A stretch of DNA of 64,000 nucleotides from Octopus sinensis (GCF_006345805.1 NC_043008.1:69316001-69380000), one strand, 5' to 3'. Positions 13,634 through 28,631 are shown, counted from the first letter of the stretch. Notes: generated by a model from the letters alone, not told the origin. Made by a program: numbers and translations.

Positions 13634-14172
13634 GAGAGAGAGTGAAAGAGAGAGACAGAGAGAAGGTGTTGGTGGTGGTGGAGAGACGCAATGCACGAAG
13701 GGAAAAGAAACTGCACTATACAGGAGAATAAAAGGAAGGGACAGAGCCAGTAGAAAAGGTTTGGCTATATCGCTATAAATTCGAACATGTTCACACATTT
13801 CATCTCTTCTTCGCTGATGACATAGGTCACTGGCACATTGGTATTCTCGGATATAAAAGTAATCAAATTTTAGTAGTTATTTTCATCTTTTTTTATTTTA
13901 TCAAAACAGAGTGAAATTCTGTTAAAGAGACCGTCGCTACTGCAATTAAATATTCTATTTCTTTCTTTGATCTTAAATCTTCCATTAGAATTCTTCTCCA
14001 ATATTCAAAGATTTCAACTTGTTTCAGTATCTTCCCTGCTATTTCAATTTACCTGACTGCATTGTGGTTGGTTTTACTCGTTATCGTTATTTTGTTTTTC
14101 TTCACAACCACTTTCTGTTCTATTTCTTCTTGTAGCTCTATAATGGTGTGTCTTTACATTTCCCTGCTACTC

Positions 14173-14213
<41 letters not shown>

Positions 14214-14600
14214 CTATGTAGTCATATAAATGAATATATATGTATACACACAGACATATATACACAGAGGGGGAGGTAGTGAGAAACAGACAGACAGACA
14301 GCCAGATAGATAATTAGATAAATAGATAGATAGACAAATAGATAATATTTGTATGTACGTGAGCGCTATTATGTGTGTGTGTGTGTGTGTGCGTGTGTGC
14401 GTGTGTACGTATGCATAAACAGAAAAGAGCATTTGATACGATATGTTGAGTATGTTTATGTAGGTTACCAGTTTATGCATTCCACGTGCAATACTCAAAG
14501 TTTAAGAGACGAAGAGAGACGTAACTGGTTCTTCACATACCCACTAATACACACGGATTGCACTGACACACACACGCACACACATCTATCTATCTATCTA

Positions 14601-14637
<37 letters not shown>

Positions 14638-14655
14638 TATATATATCTGTATACA

Positions 14656-15448
14656 CAGGTTGCGATGAGTAAATTGTCGCCATTTTCTATTTTCTATTTG
14701 GCTCACCCGTATTGTTTGTTTTTGATTTTGTACTTTATTTCATAGGTTCCGTTGGGCACCGTCTGTAAGAAAACCAGCGTCATGACGCAATTCACTCTGC
14801 CAGAAATTACGTAACGACATGCTGTGCTGCTTAGCACTCGCGCCGGAAGCTCCAATACGAACATTTCAGAGTGTTCGGGTGTGAATCTGAGGACATATAC
14901 CGAAAATGATAAAAATCAAACGTCCAATTAACATCATGGTGTTGGTAGTGATCACTAGTGATGGCGATGTTATGCCTACATTCCTCTTCCCACAACGACC
15001 TAAGACTCAACACAGAGGCCTACATCAAGTAACTGGAGGAGGTAGTACTGCCTTGGGTCAAGAGGGCGGCTGCTGGATGACCCTATGTCTCGCAACAGGA
15101 CTCTGCACCATGCCACACAAGCAGGAAAACCCAGCCATGACTGTCGGACAATTTCTGCGATGACATCACCTCTGGCCATTTAACTCTCCAGACTGCAATC
15201 CCTTTGATTATTATGTGTGGGGCAGAGTTGAGCGTGAGACCAACAAAACTCCTTGTAACACCAAACATGAACTAAAGGCAAGGATGATGGCAGCATTCAC
15301 CAACTTAAACAAGAAAGCCGCCCAGATGAGCTGCAGGAGATTCCGAAGTCGTCTGGAGTCTGCAGTGGATATTTTTATGTTAAAATGAGATGTCAGTGTT
15401 ATTTTCATGTTTACGTAATTTATACGACAATTCATTCACTGCAACCAG
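14656..15448 (+). mobile_element. Internally deleted Tc1/mariner element, probably maT (DD37D-like)
   Basis: Degenerate TIRs CAGGTTGCGATGAGTAAATTGTC / GACAATTCATTCACTGCAACCAG followed by TA. Transposase remnants QQDSAPCH and NSPDCNPFDYYVWGRVE. The family call is an inference because the D-D spacing carries a small deletion. Confidence 0.8.
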
Positions 15449-16061
15449 TAAATTATATACATATTTATATATATTGTAATGCTCTGTGATGGTAAGATCA
15501 ATAAAAAAGTACTCCATCTGGTGAGAGATAAATATTATTTAACAAACAAATATTTGTTTTTGTGTGCTACTATTAGTTTTAAGCACTGAGAACATGTCAA
15601 ACATTGCATACATCGCTGCTCGAGAGGAAAGGTTTCTAGGTCTCGACAGTTACAACTAGAAGTGAGCTCATGGTGTTGGTCACGTGTAATGATACTCACC
15701 ATAGTGGAAATTAACATTATTTGACACAGTATGTTTCTAACTACCTTGGCATTTCGTACGTGTGTTCACAGGACAGCAGTGAACATGTATACACTCACTC
15801 ATACAAATCAGTCACAAGATATAATAATGGATCTGAAAAAGAAACGAAGAAATAGCCACCCAAATATAAAGGAAAGAATAGCCGTCACTTATAAACAAAT
15901 AAGTACCAACCTTTTGCTAGTTGTTTTAGGCACTTATATAGTCATAAGTAGATCCAGACAGCCTCCCACATTTGACATAGGTCACCATCAAGGATGTAAC
16001 AACTGGAGGATGAGAGAGTCGGAGTTTGGCCGTTGTTACTATATACCATCTCTATTTTATC

Positions 16062-16214
16062 GGTTTCAAATTACAACACCTGGCCAGCAAGTTCGGAGGA
16101 TGTTGGGAAGTTGATTACATCGACCCCGGTCCTCAACGGGTACTTATTTTATCGACGTAAAGACGAACGAAATACCGCTAGATATTTTGTTCAGTGTTCT
16201 ACCAGTTCGCCGCC
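16062..16214 (-). mobile_element. SINE family A, deleted copy
   Basis: Head at 16214 abutting (ATA)n. Confidence 0.75.
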
Positions 16215-16216
<2 letters not shown>

Positions 16217-16255
<39 letters not shown>

Positions 16256-16319
16256 TAATAATAATAATAATATAATAATATAATATGATAATAATAATAA
16301 TAATAACAACAACAATAAC

Positions 16320-16362
<43 letters not shown>

Positions 16363-16374
16363 TTAATAATAAAA

Positions 16375-16405
<31 letters not shown>

Positions 16406-16425
16406 TAACAACAACAATAACAATA

Positions 16426-16457
<32 letters not shown>
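16217..16457. repeat. (ATA)n microsatellite between two family A SINEs
   Basis: Direct reading. Confidence 0.95.
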
Positions 16458-16458
<1 letters not shown>

Positions 16459-16460
<2 letters not shown>

Positions 16461-16665
16461 TCTGTATAGGCATAAGGCCTGGAATTTTGGGAGGGGGAAA
16501 GTCGATCCCATCGACCCCGGTATTTCACGGGTTCTTAATTTATCGACCCCGAAATGATGAAAGGCAAAGTCGACCTCGGCGGAATTTGAACTCAGAACGT
16601 AACGGCAGACGAAATACCGCTAAGCAGTTCCCCCGGCATGCTAACTTTTCTGCCAGCTCGCCGCC
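16459..16665 (-). mobile_element. SINE family A, near-consensus
   Basis: GGCGGCGAGCTGGCAGAA...GAGTTCAAATTCCGCCGAGGTCGAC on the minus strand. Confidence 0.9.
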
Positions 16666-17103
16666 CTGATTTAAAGATATTTATTACTAATACAATGATA
16701 ATAATATCCAGCTGGAAAAGCTATTAAAATGTATTAATAAATTCAACCTATATATAAAAAGGAGAAACTGCACATGTGAAACACGACGAATATAGGAAGA
16801 ATAGAGCATATTAACTAAACCTGAGAAATAAACAAACCAACATTGGTTGGGATACATTTATAGGGGACAAACACAAAAGCAAAGACACTCACATGCACAC
16901 ACGCTCACACTCACGCACACAAACACACGCACACACATATGTATATCCACATATTTGTGTGTGTGTTCGCGTGTGCGTCTTTGTGTTTGTGTTTGGGCCC
17001 CACCGCTGTACTCCAACTGGTGTTGGTTTGCTTACAGCTGCGTAATTACATATACACATACATACATACATGTATACATACATACATACATAACATACAT
17101 ACA

Positions 17104-17131
<28 letters not shown>

Positions 17132-17134
<3 letters not shown>

Positions 17135-17339
17135 CTGTAAATGTAATATGTGGCAATTATTCGGTAGCCATGATAAAACTCCGTGTTTCGGATGTCTGGG
17201 TGGAAATCCACGCCGCCATCTCTCCAGTTATCCGGCCGGACAACTGAAGAGATGGCGGCGTGGATTTCCACCCCGACATCCGAAACTCGGAATTTTATCA
17301 TGGCTACCGAATAATTGTCACATATTACATTTATAGATA
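17132..17339. repeat. Spacerless 208-bp palindrome made of two head-to-head hammerhead-like ends
   Basis: Centre CCGG|CCGG at 17235/17236; 7 mismatches counted over 104-bp arms. Confidence 0.9.
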
Positions 17340-17431
17340 AATTCCTCTATTTACATAATATCGAGGTCTCTTTCATTCTTCTGGTTGTCTTACCATTTCT
17401 ATCAATACACATACATACATACATACATACA

Positions 17432-17467
<36 letters not shown>

Positions 17468-17538
17468 TATAATACATATATATATACATATATATATATC
17501 TATATGTGTATATATATATGTATATATATAATATAGAT

Positions 17539-17615
<77 letters not shown>

Positions 17616-18414
17616 AGATAGATAGATAGATAGATATAGATAGATAGATATGCCCCACCAGATCCATTTATCAGGCATAGCGGGACGGAAACTGGAACCA
17701 TGAAGTTTGGAAGCAAGCTGCTTAAAACACAGTCACGCCTGCATTTGAGAGAGACATAAATTAGAAAATTTTATAAGGAAAAGAAAAAGAACAAAAAGAC
17801 GTATAATTGTTAGCAGAAAGTGATAAGGTGTAGCTTACACGCGCAGAAATGAGCGAGAAAGTTCGGAAAGAGTACTACAGCAGAGTTAGTCTAGTATTAA
17901 CAGTTGAATTCAGTATTAGCAATAAGGATATTCGTATACATACGCTCGTCATCCTAGTCTTTAACTACGAGCGGAACGCAATAAAATGGAAGTTAATTGA
18001 TTTGGAGAATTGAGACAGAAAACCAGGAAACTATTGACATTCCCGGAGCTACCCTTGTCAATGCTGTTACATACATACGTCCATACATATACATACATAC
18101 ATACATACATACATACATAATACGTACATGTTTGCCTGTACGTTATGTATGTGTTTGTATACACATACATAGACACACAAAGTACATATACATATATATA
18201 TATGTACACACACACACACACACACACAAATATATATATGTATATACAAACCTACATAAATGTGTATACATGGAAGTGTGTTTGTATATTTATAAATATA
18301 TATACATATATATTTGTATATATATATATATGTGTGTGTGTGTGAGTATGCACGTATATATACATACATATTTACAAACATACACACACACGCGCACACG
18401 CACATGCATGTATG

Positions 18415-18461
<47 letters not shown>

Positions 18462-18554
18462 ATGTGTGTGTGTGTGAATATGCACATATATATACATACA
18501 TATTTACAAACATACACACGCACACGCACATGCATGTATGTATGTATGTATATG

Positions 18555-18614
<60 letters not shown>

Positions 18615-18989
18615 GGACATATATATATATGCGTATACGTAGCCATACATCTATGTGTATATATGATTGATGATATGGTTGTCGTCTCATTCATTAATCG
18701 AGAATGGCTCTTCTCAGTACCAATACGGACAGAGTACCCACATAGACACAAAACTAGCCAAAAATTAAAACACACAACCTCACTGGTAAGATAAAGCTGA
18801 ACATTTACAGTTTGAAATTATCAGAAAATGGTTAGAGGTAGTCGAGGTGTTATACAACCGAAATGACTTTTACAAATATTTCCGCACAGACGACACAAAA
18901 ATGTTTGATTTGATTGTAAAAATATGCTGAAAATCGTTATGTGACATCTCATGTTCCTAATCAACCCAGATTTATTTCTGTAGATCTTA

Positions 18990-19402
18990 CTCTTTACTCT
19001 TTTACTCTTTTACTTGTTTCAGTCATTTGACTGCGGCCATGCTGGAGCACCGCCTTTAGTCGAGCAACTCGACCCCGGGACTTATTCTTTGTAAGTCCAG
19101 TACTTATTCTATCGGTCTCTTTTGCCGAACCGCTAAGTAACGGGGACATAAACATACCAGCATCGGTTGTCAAGCAATGCTAGAGAGACAAACACAGACA
19201 CACAAACATACACGCACATACATATATACACATATATACGACGGGCTTCTTTCAGTTTCCGTCTACCAAATCCACTCACAAGGCTTTGGTCGGCCAGAGG
19301 CTATAGTAGAAGACATTTGTCCAAGGTGCCACGTAGTGGGACTGAACCCAGAACCATGTGGTTGGTAAGCAAGCTACTTACCACACAGCCACTCCTGCGC
19401 CT
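18990..19402 (-). mobile_element. SINE family B, best-preserved copy
   Basis: Head AGGCGCAGGAGTGGCTGTGTGGTAAG, B-box GGTTCAGTCCC, complete tail with (AGTAAAAG)n. Confidence 0.9.
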
Positions 19403-21258
19403 TATTGCAATAAGATTAATATAATTCATTAGAAAATGTTCTAAATACATGTTACCGCTTACGACTAACTAATCCAGCTTGGGAGAGACAAATACAGTTG
19501 CAGGCATCACAAGATAGGAGAGAAAGGGCTTGCTGGCCGCCAGCAAACCTTATTTTGCCACTTTCTATTATATATATTAAACACACACATACAAATAAAT
19601 ACGCACACACACACACAGAGGCACTCCCACACCCTCTGTCTTGCTATCTCTCTCTCTCACGCACGCACATCTACTGCACATATTTTAGCTGTACAAAACC
19701 AGGCAATAGCTTTTGCTGTAAAAATTACAGCCTCAGTGTAAAAATTACAAAATATACTGAACTTGGTGTTTGCATAATTTTGTTTGAAATCCTTTTATTT
19801 AACCGGCAGGCTGAATGAATATTCATTATTAGCAGGGAAGCAGGGTCACCGCATCATATCCGGTTTTCCAGTATATTTTCCTGCTAATTCATTGTTACCT
19901 GCATCCCCAATGAAAATAATATCTAGCTTATTTAATCGACATGCTAATATGTGATGGCTGTTTTATTGTAACGAGCCGGGCGTTATTTGAACGTATGTCA
20001 ATGTCTAGAAATATGTGACTATTACAGCAAGGTATTTGGCGTCGCTCACTTACGCTTCTGTAACTCTGACTGCATTAATGCTGTTTATTTCTAATAAAGA
20101 CACAGCGCTGTTGTTTTAAAAATTAGATCAAAGCCAGCACAATACTGGCATTATTTATTAGATCTTTAAAATAATTTGTATAGACAATTGAATGTGTTCC
20201 AATATATCATTGTACATACTTATGTACATCGAAATGTTCACCATCATCGTTTCCGCTGCTGTCATCGTTGCCGCAGTCGCTGCCACCGCTGCCGCCACCG
20301 CTGCCGCCACCGCTGCCGCCGACGCCGCTGCCCATGGTTGCTATCATCACCAGTGTCACAATTAGTACCACAAGTACATCGCAACCTCCACCACCACCAC
20401 AATCATCACCATCGTCTTCATCCATCCACTTCTTGATATTATCCGTCCATTTTTTTCTTCTTACTCTTTCTCCACCTACTTTCTCTTCTATTAAAATTTT
20501 ATTTAATCCTTTTTTTCCCTAATTAAATGTTCAAACTACTTGTTTTTTTTTTTTGTCATTGATGGCGTCGAATAAAATTTTCTTGTTTCTTTTTAAACAT
20601 TTCTGGCTCTCTCACATTGGTTTCATAGTCTTCTTTACCATCTATTCTCAGAGATTTCTTATTAAAGTGATAATATCTTTCTTAATATCCAATAGACTAA
20701 GTATAATATAAAAGTTGCTAATTTGAATTATTACTGCTTCCCTGCTAATAACGAATATTTATTCTGCCGGCTAAATGCTGGCGATGACTATTTAGCTGAA
20801 GACCGATACTGCTTATCATGTGGAGCCAGTAGATACTTGCTACGGATGAAACTCAAGGCGACAGAAATCCGGATTTAGCAATGCTACCGCCGCTTCTGAA
20901 CGGATTTCCTCTGCGGTTGTTATATTTTTTATGTTTTTGACATCATACGTCTATAAGAGATGGGTTCTTGAATCAAATGCCGCACTTTAGAAGATTTCCA
21001 ACTGCAAATATGCTCTATGTATGATACACAGATGATGCTGATGTGAACTTTTACTGCTGCTCATATCAATAACGTGTATATATATATAATATATATTATA
21101 TATATATATATATGTATGTATATATATTATATTATAATATATTATATTATATATATATTATATTATATTATATATTTTTTATATTATATATATATATAAT
21201 ACATATTTTATATGTATATATATATATATCATGTATATTATATTATATCTAATGTGTG

Positions 21259-21308
<50 letters not shown>

Positions 21309-21352
21309 CTATCTTATCTAACTATTTATTTATCTCTATCTATCTATCTATC

Positions 21353-21399
<47 letters not shown>

Positions 21400-21484
21400 G
21401 TCTATATATATATATATATAGATATATATATATATATCTCTAATATATATACTGATATATAGATAGAATAGATAAATATATAGA

Positions 21485-21565
<81 letters not shown>

Positions 21566-21566
<1 letters not shown>

Positions 21567-21717
21567 GAGTGGCGCTGTGTGGTAAGAAGCTTGCTTCTCA
21601 GCCACATGTTTTCGGGTTCAGTCCCACTGCGCGATACCTTTGGCAGGTGACTTCTACTTTAGCCTCGAGCCGATCAAAGCCTTATGAGTAGATTAGTAGA
21701 CGTTTGTATGAGTCTGT

Positions 21718-21784
<67 letters not shown>

Positions 21785-21850
21785 TCATTCATTCGAATGC
21801 GGCCATGCTGGAGTACAGCCTTTAGCCGAATAAATCAACCCCAGAACTGG
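21566..21850. mobile_element. SINE family B head (+, 21566-21702) and tail fragment (-, 21783-21850)
   Basis: Homology to other copies. Confidence 0.7.
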
Positions 21851-24059
21851 GGTGTTACATCTTTCATAACGTTCCCTATATTGTATGGAATTATACGTAA
21901 TATTGCCCTCTTATAACCCCTACCTGCTTAATCTGCATTCCTCCTATACTTAGATTACACTATTTTCCCATCGGTTCTAAGCCTTTTTTCCCCTATCAGT
22001 CATAATAGGTACATTTCCAGATTTTACGTCTCCCTTATGATCCTGCACACATCTATGCCAGTAATAATATATCTTACAGATATTTAATAAAACCATTTCC
22101 AATAGTATCTTTATCTTATTTTATCTATTTTTAATTAGCTTTGGTAATGAATACGATGACTTATTCTCATCCTTTATCTTTTATCTCTTTCTGTATCCAG
22201 TATATATTTTATGGCATTCGAAATGTAAGCTTTTCAGCTTTATTTCTATATTTTCATTTTATAAATCCTTTATGGAAATTTTATACAAAATGTTTTTCCT
22301 TTTATCCATTTTTATTTCATTTTATTTATTTTTTATCCCATATTATATTATTGTATTTTGAACACACACACACACGCACACACATAGACATATACCCTCA
22401 TATATACAGGTGTAATTTCTATGGATTGTGAAGAAGTTCTATCTGTTGTAATCATGGTATAATCATGGTATAATATGATACAATATGCTATTTATATTTA
22501 TTTATACTTATATTTTTTTAATTGCCCTATATAATTCATATATATATATATATATAAAGTGGTGTTTTTATACCTTTTTATATCCTTTCAGATTTTTTCA
22601 TAATGTTGGTAATTTTTATATAAATACATTTTCCCAAGGTTTTAAAATAAGTTTACCTGTTATAGAAATGTCTATTTAATTGCGTAGCCCCTAATCTTTG
22701 GCTTTCATTCAATAGAAAATGTTTACCCCTACTCGGATGATATCTGAGTTTAATTGTGGGTTCATCGTTGAATAGTTTTATCATGACCACTTTAAACGTA
22801 TGCTTGGAAGAAGCATTATGTGGTTTCTATTTTATATAACAGTACCCTTTTATGGCTTAGGTTGTTTTATCTATCCTTTCTATCCTTCTTCTTTTACTTG
22901 GTTCTGAAATCCTTTTCTAAATTTTAATAGTTTAATATATAAATTTTGCTAAGTTTGGCTGCACATTTCACGTACTTTTAATCGTCACACTTAGACCTCA
23001 TTGTGACCTCATTTGTTTTCCATATTATGTCTCTTTTAGTTGTTAATCATATGTTAAATCACCCCTACCGATCCCCTTTCTGGTTATCACCCCGTCGATA
23101 TATATGTCATTCTCTTGCTAGCATCTTCTAAAACATATTCTTTTATGTAAATATGGCTGATTTTAGGGTCACAGTAAAATAGGGGTAGGGAAGAATATCT
23201 GGCATAAATTTATCCCCAACAGCAAGAACTTAACTGACAATTCCTAATGGCTTTCATTCTAACGGGATGCAGACTACTTCTGCATTGGGTCTTTTGAATG
23301 TGACAAGGATAAAGATGAATATAACAATATATCACGATTGCTCTTTCTTGACCCCTATTATTTTCTTCTACTGCTCTAAATTATAGTAGGCTTTCGGTAT
23401 CCCCGCTCCTAGATTCTGATACAAAAATAGCAAAAAGATGCAATGTAATTATTTTTGCTCTAGCACTGACGAAAAATTTGCTAACAAATATCATGTATGG
23501 TGGAAATCTATATGGTCGTATGCGTCCGAGGAGTGCGGTTTATTTCAAATTGATGTAATGTTTGCATTGATCAATTAAATGGAGCCGCTTGAAACGGCCG
23601 TAATGCACTGATACCTGGACATCCTTCTTACTTATTTGCTTTTTATTCACCTAACAATACCGCACTGACTTGGTGCCTCAACTTAAGTATCTAATTCAAC
23701 TGAATATTGTATATGTATGCATGTATATATATATATATATATATACACACTAATGTCGAACAATAAGAATGAGTACTCGGACAAACAATGCACAAATAAT
23801 ATGTAAATTTCAACCATATTTTGCACGGTCCCGTGGTCGCACCAGTTTTATCCTACTCTAACCTCCTACACTTCAGACTTACTTCTACCTGAAATTTCTG
23901 CACCTCTCCTCATCTACACACCAGTATTCCACCCGAATTTCTGCTGGATATGCATACAGATTTCACTGGATTCTTCCGTTGATGAAAAATCGCTCCAATA
24001 CACCATGACGTTTGAAACGTCTTGAACTTTTTTGAATTTACTGTTTTTTCTTACTCTGT

Positions 24060-24250
24060 TTCCTCTTAATCTGTACGTTGTTACTTGAAAAGATTTTTTA
24101 TTTTCTCTATGTTTATTTCCTCATGTTTCTTTCTTTTTAAGAGCGCATGCTCGAAACGTAAAAGACTTTCTCACCTTCCCGAGTGTCAAATTAATACACC
24201 TGCTTGTTGTTTATACACCTGTCTTCGTTTTTTGTTTTTCTGTAAATTTC
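24060..24250 (+). mobile_element. Short PLE-derived element with minimal hammerhead-like motif
   Basis: GAGC-GCAT-GCTC-GAAAC-GTA-AAAGA at 24141-24165; homologous to the elements at 34.5, 57.3 and 63.8 kb. Confidence 0.6.
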
Positions 24251-24263
24251 AACTATACATATA

Positions 24264-24299
<36 letters not shown>

Positions 24300-24487
24300 T
24301 GTATGTATGTATGTATGTATGTATGTATGTATACACACACACGTATATATATATATATATATGTAAGTAGGCATATATGTGTATATATATATATGTATAT
24401 ATATAGCTATAAATATATGTACATACATACATGCATACATACATACATACATGCATACATACATACATACATACATACATACATACA

Positions 24488-24520
<33 letters not shown>

Positions 24521-24524
24521 GCGC

Positions 24525-24680
24525 ACACAATGGGCTTTCACGCAGTTTCCATCTGCCAAATCCTCTCAAATACATTCTTTGGCCCAGTGCTATTGTAGAA
24601 GACATTTGTTCCATATGCCGCGTATTACAGACTGAACCCAAAATCGCGTAGTTGCAAAGCAGGATTCTTAAACATATAGC
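24525..24680 (-). mobile_element. SINE family B, 5' half
   Basis: Diverged homology. Confidence 0.65.
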
Positions 24681-26331
24681 TGTCAATCAAGTGAATTCTA
24701 CATCATATTTCAAATTTTCCATCTGCACATGTCTCCGAAAACGTATGTATTCATTTATTTTTGACTGTTGTTTTCTGCCAGTTGCCATTGTCTTAATATT
24801 CTCCAGATTCAGTTCCCTTCGTCTGTCATTTACTCAGGTTATGATGTTCGGTAGAAGATGTCTGTTGAAAGTAAAATCGTTGACCTAGGCGGTATTCGAA
24901 CACAAAACGTAAATAGATGTAACTAGCTTCTGGTAAGGTACTTAGTACCATCGCGTTACCGATTCTGCCATTCCACTACTGGAACATTTGTCATAATGAA
25001 GATTGAACGTCTGCAAACAGATGTCTTTACTACTACAATGTTAATGGAATATAAATGTGAACATGTTTCTTTATTCTGGCAATAATTCTTGTGCTTTGGC
25101 ATCCCGTTGTGAACCAAAATAAGATAAAGAGGTTAGAAAGAAAGAAAAAAGAAACAACAAAAGGCAATGAACAAAAGAAAGGAACAAAACGAAGATAAAA
25201 CAAGACAAAAGAAAAAATAGCGAACTTCACTGAAAGGAAAGAAGTAAAAGATAAGCAAACGTTAACAAAGGAATATAAAAGCAAAAACAAAAATGAATAG
25301 ACGAGAATGAAGGAAAAGAATAATGAAAACAAAAAAGGGAAAGAAAGAAAGAAAGAAAAACAAATAAAAGGTTCCACAGGAGATAGTGAAACGGTAAAAA
25401 CTCCCGACCCCATGATTTTTCATTATAAGCATGTTTCGTTTCTTTTTCAATTTTAAACGAAAATTTCAAGCCAAAAAACAAAACAAAAAAAAGACCATAG
25501 AAAATATTCAGAATTCTTAGAAATTCTATGAATGAACAATAATATCAACTGTGGAGTATATGGAACTGTCTCTTAAATGTGTAGTGTGGTCGGATTATAT
25601 TTCGTTCTCACACACTTCAAAATTCGTGCGTAACAACAACAGCAGCAGTAGCAGTCTTGCAAGAATGAGAAAACAAGAGTAAAATACGTTGATTTACATT
25701 TCGAAAGAGAAGTTAAGCGCAGCTTTGGCTTGTTTGACCTGAATAGTTATTTCCATGTAATAAGCTCGGTTTAAACAAAACACAAGATCAATGTATAAAA
25801 TAAAAAGAAAAGAAAAGAACTGCAACGAAAGCCGTTAGTTTGTCACATCGTTAACAGTGTGTGAAACAAGGATTTTGGATATTCATTAGAGACGTTTGGA
25901 AGTAGTTTAAAGACAGACAAAGAAATACAAAGAGAAATAAATAACTAAATAAAATATAAGACAACAAAATGAGGATAATTGAAATAAGGATACGAGCAAA
26001 TAATGTGACGTTTTATTTATTTGTCTTACAGGAGGACAACGCATAAGGCTGTTTGTACGTATAAACTTGCACATATACAAACACACGCATAAACACATAC
26101 ACACACACACACACACATACACACACATATTTATTTATCTATGTGCGTGTATGGGTGTGTGCATGTGTGAATACGTTCATACAAAACTGACACACACAGG
26201 CACACACAAAGACATACACAAATATATGTATGCACACATACATATATATACGTGCCTGTGTGCGTGTACGTATGTACATATATATGCATATATATGTGTA
26301 TATATTTATATATATATACACACATATATAC

Positions 26332-26398
<67 letters not shown>

Positions 26399-26878
26399 TG
26401 TATATGAATATATTTATATATTTATATATGTGTGTGAGCGTATATACACAGGTACATACATGTGTGTGTGTATAAATATTTAAGCATTTATGTATATATA
26501 CATGTGTCTATACATATGTATATATGTGTGTCTGTGTATATATATATACATACATCCATATACAGAATTATGTGTGTGTATGTGTGTGTGCGCGCGCTTT
26601 AGTGCGTGTGTTTTCTTTACATTCTGTTTTTTCTGTGTTATTGCCATGAGATGAAGAAACCGATGCAAGGTTAAGTAGAAACATCGCCTTATGTAGTTGC
26701 AGAGCCTGAAGTGATGAATAATAAAGCAACCACAGTAAGCAAAATAAATCCAGGGTTACAGGAATGTATCGGAAAGAAGATAGTTGTATCATCGTTTGAA
26801 TTTGTAAGGACAAATCCTTATTTCATTACAACTACATATACTCATGGTATGTGTGTGGTGTGTGTGAAGCTGTTTATA

Positions 26879-28113
26879 TTGGGTTGTCCGGAAGTTCGTG
26901 CCGATTTTTAAAGGAAAGAAAATGGTCAATAAATACTTGCCATCACATTTTTAGTCAACCAAATATGAACCATTTTGTTGCACAATGCGTCTCCATCTTT
27001 CCTTTAACTTGAAAATACCCTCTTCCCAGAATTGAGGTGGTTTCATGGCAAAGAATTCATCAAGGTATCTTTTTACGTCATCCAAGGAATTGAAATTTTT
27101 ACCATTAAGACCATTCTGCAGAGACCTGAATAAGTGGAAATCCGAAGGAGCAATATCTGGTGAATATGGAGGGTGGGGTAACACATCCCAGCTGATTCCC
27201 AAGGAAACGCGCGGTCTTGCATTATCATGTTGGAAACAACTGTAGGCCAGTTCTGGACGTTTCTCTTGAATTGCTGCTTTTAACTCGTCCAGTTGTGTGC
27301 ATATTTCTCAGAATTAATTGTCTGGTTACTTGGGAGAAGCTCATAGCATAGAATTCCTTTCCAATCTCACCAGACACAAAGCAAGACTGTTTTAGGGTGA
27401 CGACCTGAATTTGGGGTGGTTAAGGGTGGCTCATGTCGCTTACTACAGGATCGCTTTCTCTGAACATTTCGGGAGATAACCCATTTCTCATCACCTGTCA
27501 CAATTTGCTTAAAAAAGGCGCGTTTTCATTCCATTTATAAAGTGAATCACAGATGGAAATGCGATCAAAAAATGCGATCATATTGGTATCCAAACATCGT
27601 AGCGATTTGTGTACCCAAGCTTTACCAGGTGCTCATGAACGACGGATTTTCATAAATTGAGGCTTTCTGCCAATTCTCGGGTTGTGCAATGTAGGTTATT
27701 CTCAATTAATGACTTGATTTGGTCATCATCTCTAGTGGATGGCCTGCCTGATCGTTCTTTATCAATAGTGCTACAATCTCCAGCTCGGAACCTTGCGAAC
27801 CACTTCCGCACATTTCTTTCGGATAAAGAAACATCAGTGTAAACTGCACATATTTCTTTGGTTGCTTGTGAGGCATTTTTCCCTTTACGGAAAAAAAAGC
27901 ATCAAGTGCCGAAAATGAACTTTCTTATCTTCAATTTTAAAGGGTTACAAAATTAACATAGATTATAGGAACATAAACCTTCTTCCATGAAAAGATAGCT
28001 TAAACTGTGCTCTAAATGGAGGTGTCGTCAAACCCTATTTTATGGACTCAACCATGTTCTAAAATAAGTCGAAATGTAAGCTACTATAAATCGGCATGAA
28101 CTTTCCGGACAAC

Positions 28114-28117
<4 letters not shown>
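26879..28117 (-). mobile_element. Mariner transposon, near full length, defective (mellifera-subfamily-like)
   Basis: TIRs TTGGGTTGTCCGGAAGTTCGTGCCGATTT / AAATCGGCATGAACTTTCCGGACAACCCAA with TA flanks. Minus strand reads MEDKKVHFRHLML..RKGKNASQATKEICAVY, IVTGDEKW, QHDNARP, HPPYSPDIAPSDFHLF; frameshifts and deletions. Confidence 0.95.
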
Positions 28118-28161
<44 letters not shown>

Positions 28162-28249
28162 CATACATGCATACATACATACATACACATACACACATAC
28201 ATACATACATACACACATACACGTATATACACATATATAGACAAAAAGA

Positions 28250-28631
28250 GATAGCAAAGCCAAGGGTGTGAGGAGTTTTCAGGACATTTATAAGGAAAAG
28301 ATATAGATATAGCTTTATAGCTGTTTCTGGGATATTATGGATATCCTGTCATCAGAGACGATGTGAGATGGTTAAATAGAGATAAATGTTTGATTTCGAA
28401 ATAAGGAATTATTGTGTAAAAAGAGGAGATAGGGAATATAAAGGGAAATGAGGTAATGAAAGCAGAAGTAAAATATAAAACATTGTAGTTGCAGTTCTAT
28501 TATTCGAGGAAAGTGGTGTATAGAAGTGGTAAAAACGTTTCCTGTAGATCGTGTGTAAATTCCAATAGTAGTTCATGTTTAGTCATTTCTGAGTATGGAG
28601 CCGTGGATTCTGTGTTGCTCATTGGAAGGGG

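Noticed and set aside
20207-20425. Gly/Asp-rich ORF GSGVGGSGGGSGGGSGG
   Set aside because: Product of a short GCC/CAC repeat with no flanking coding signal
21880-23150. Possible degenerate Penelope ORF on minus (also 47620-47830)
   Set aside because: No unambiguous motif could be read by eye; needs a profile search
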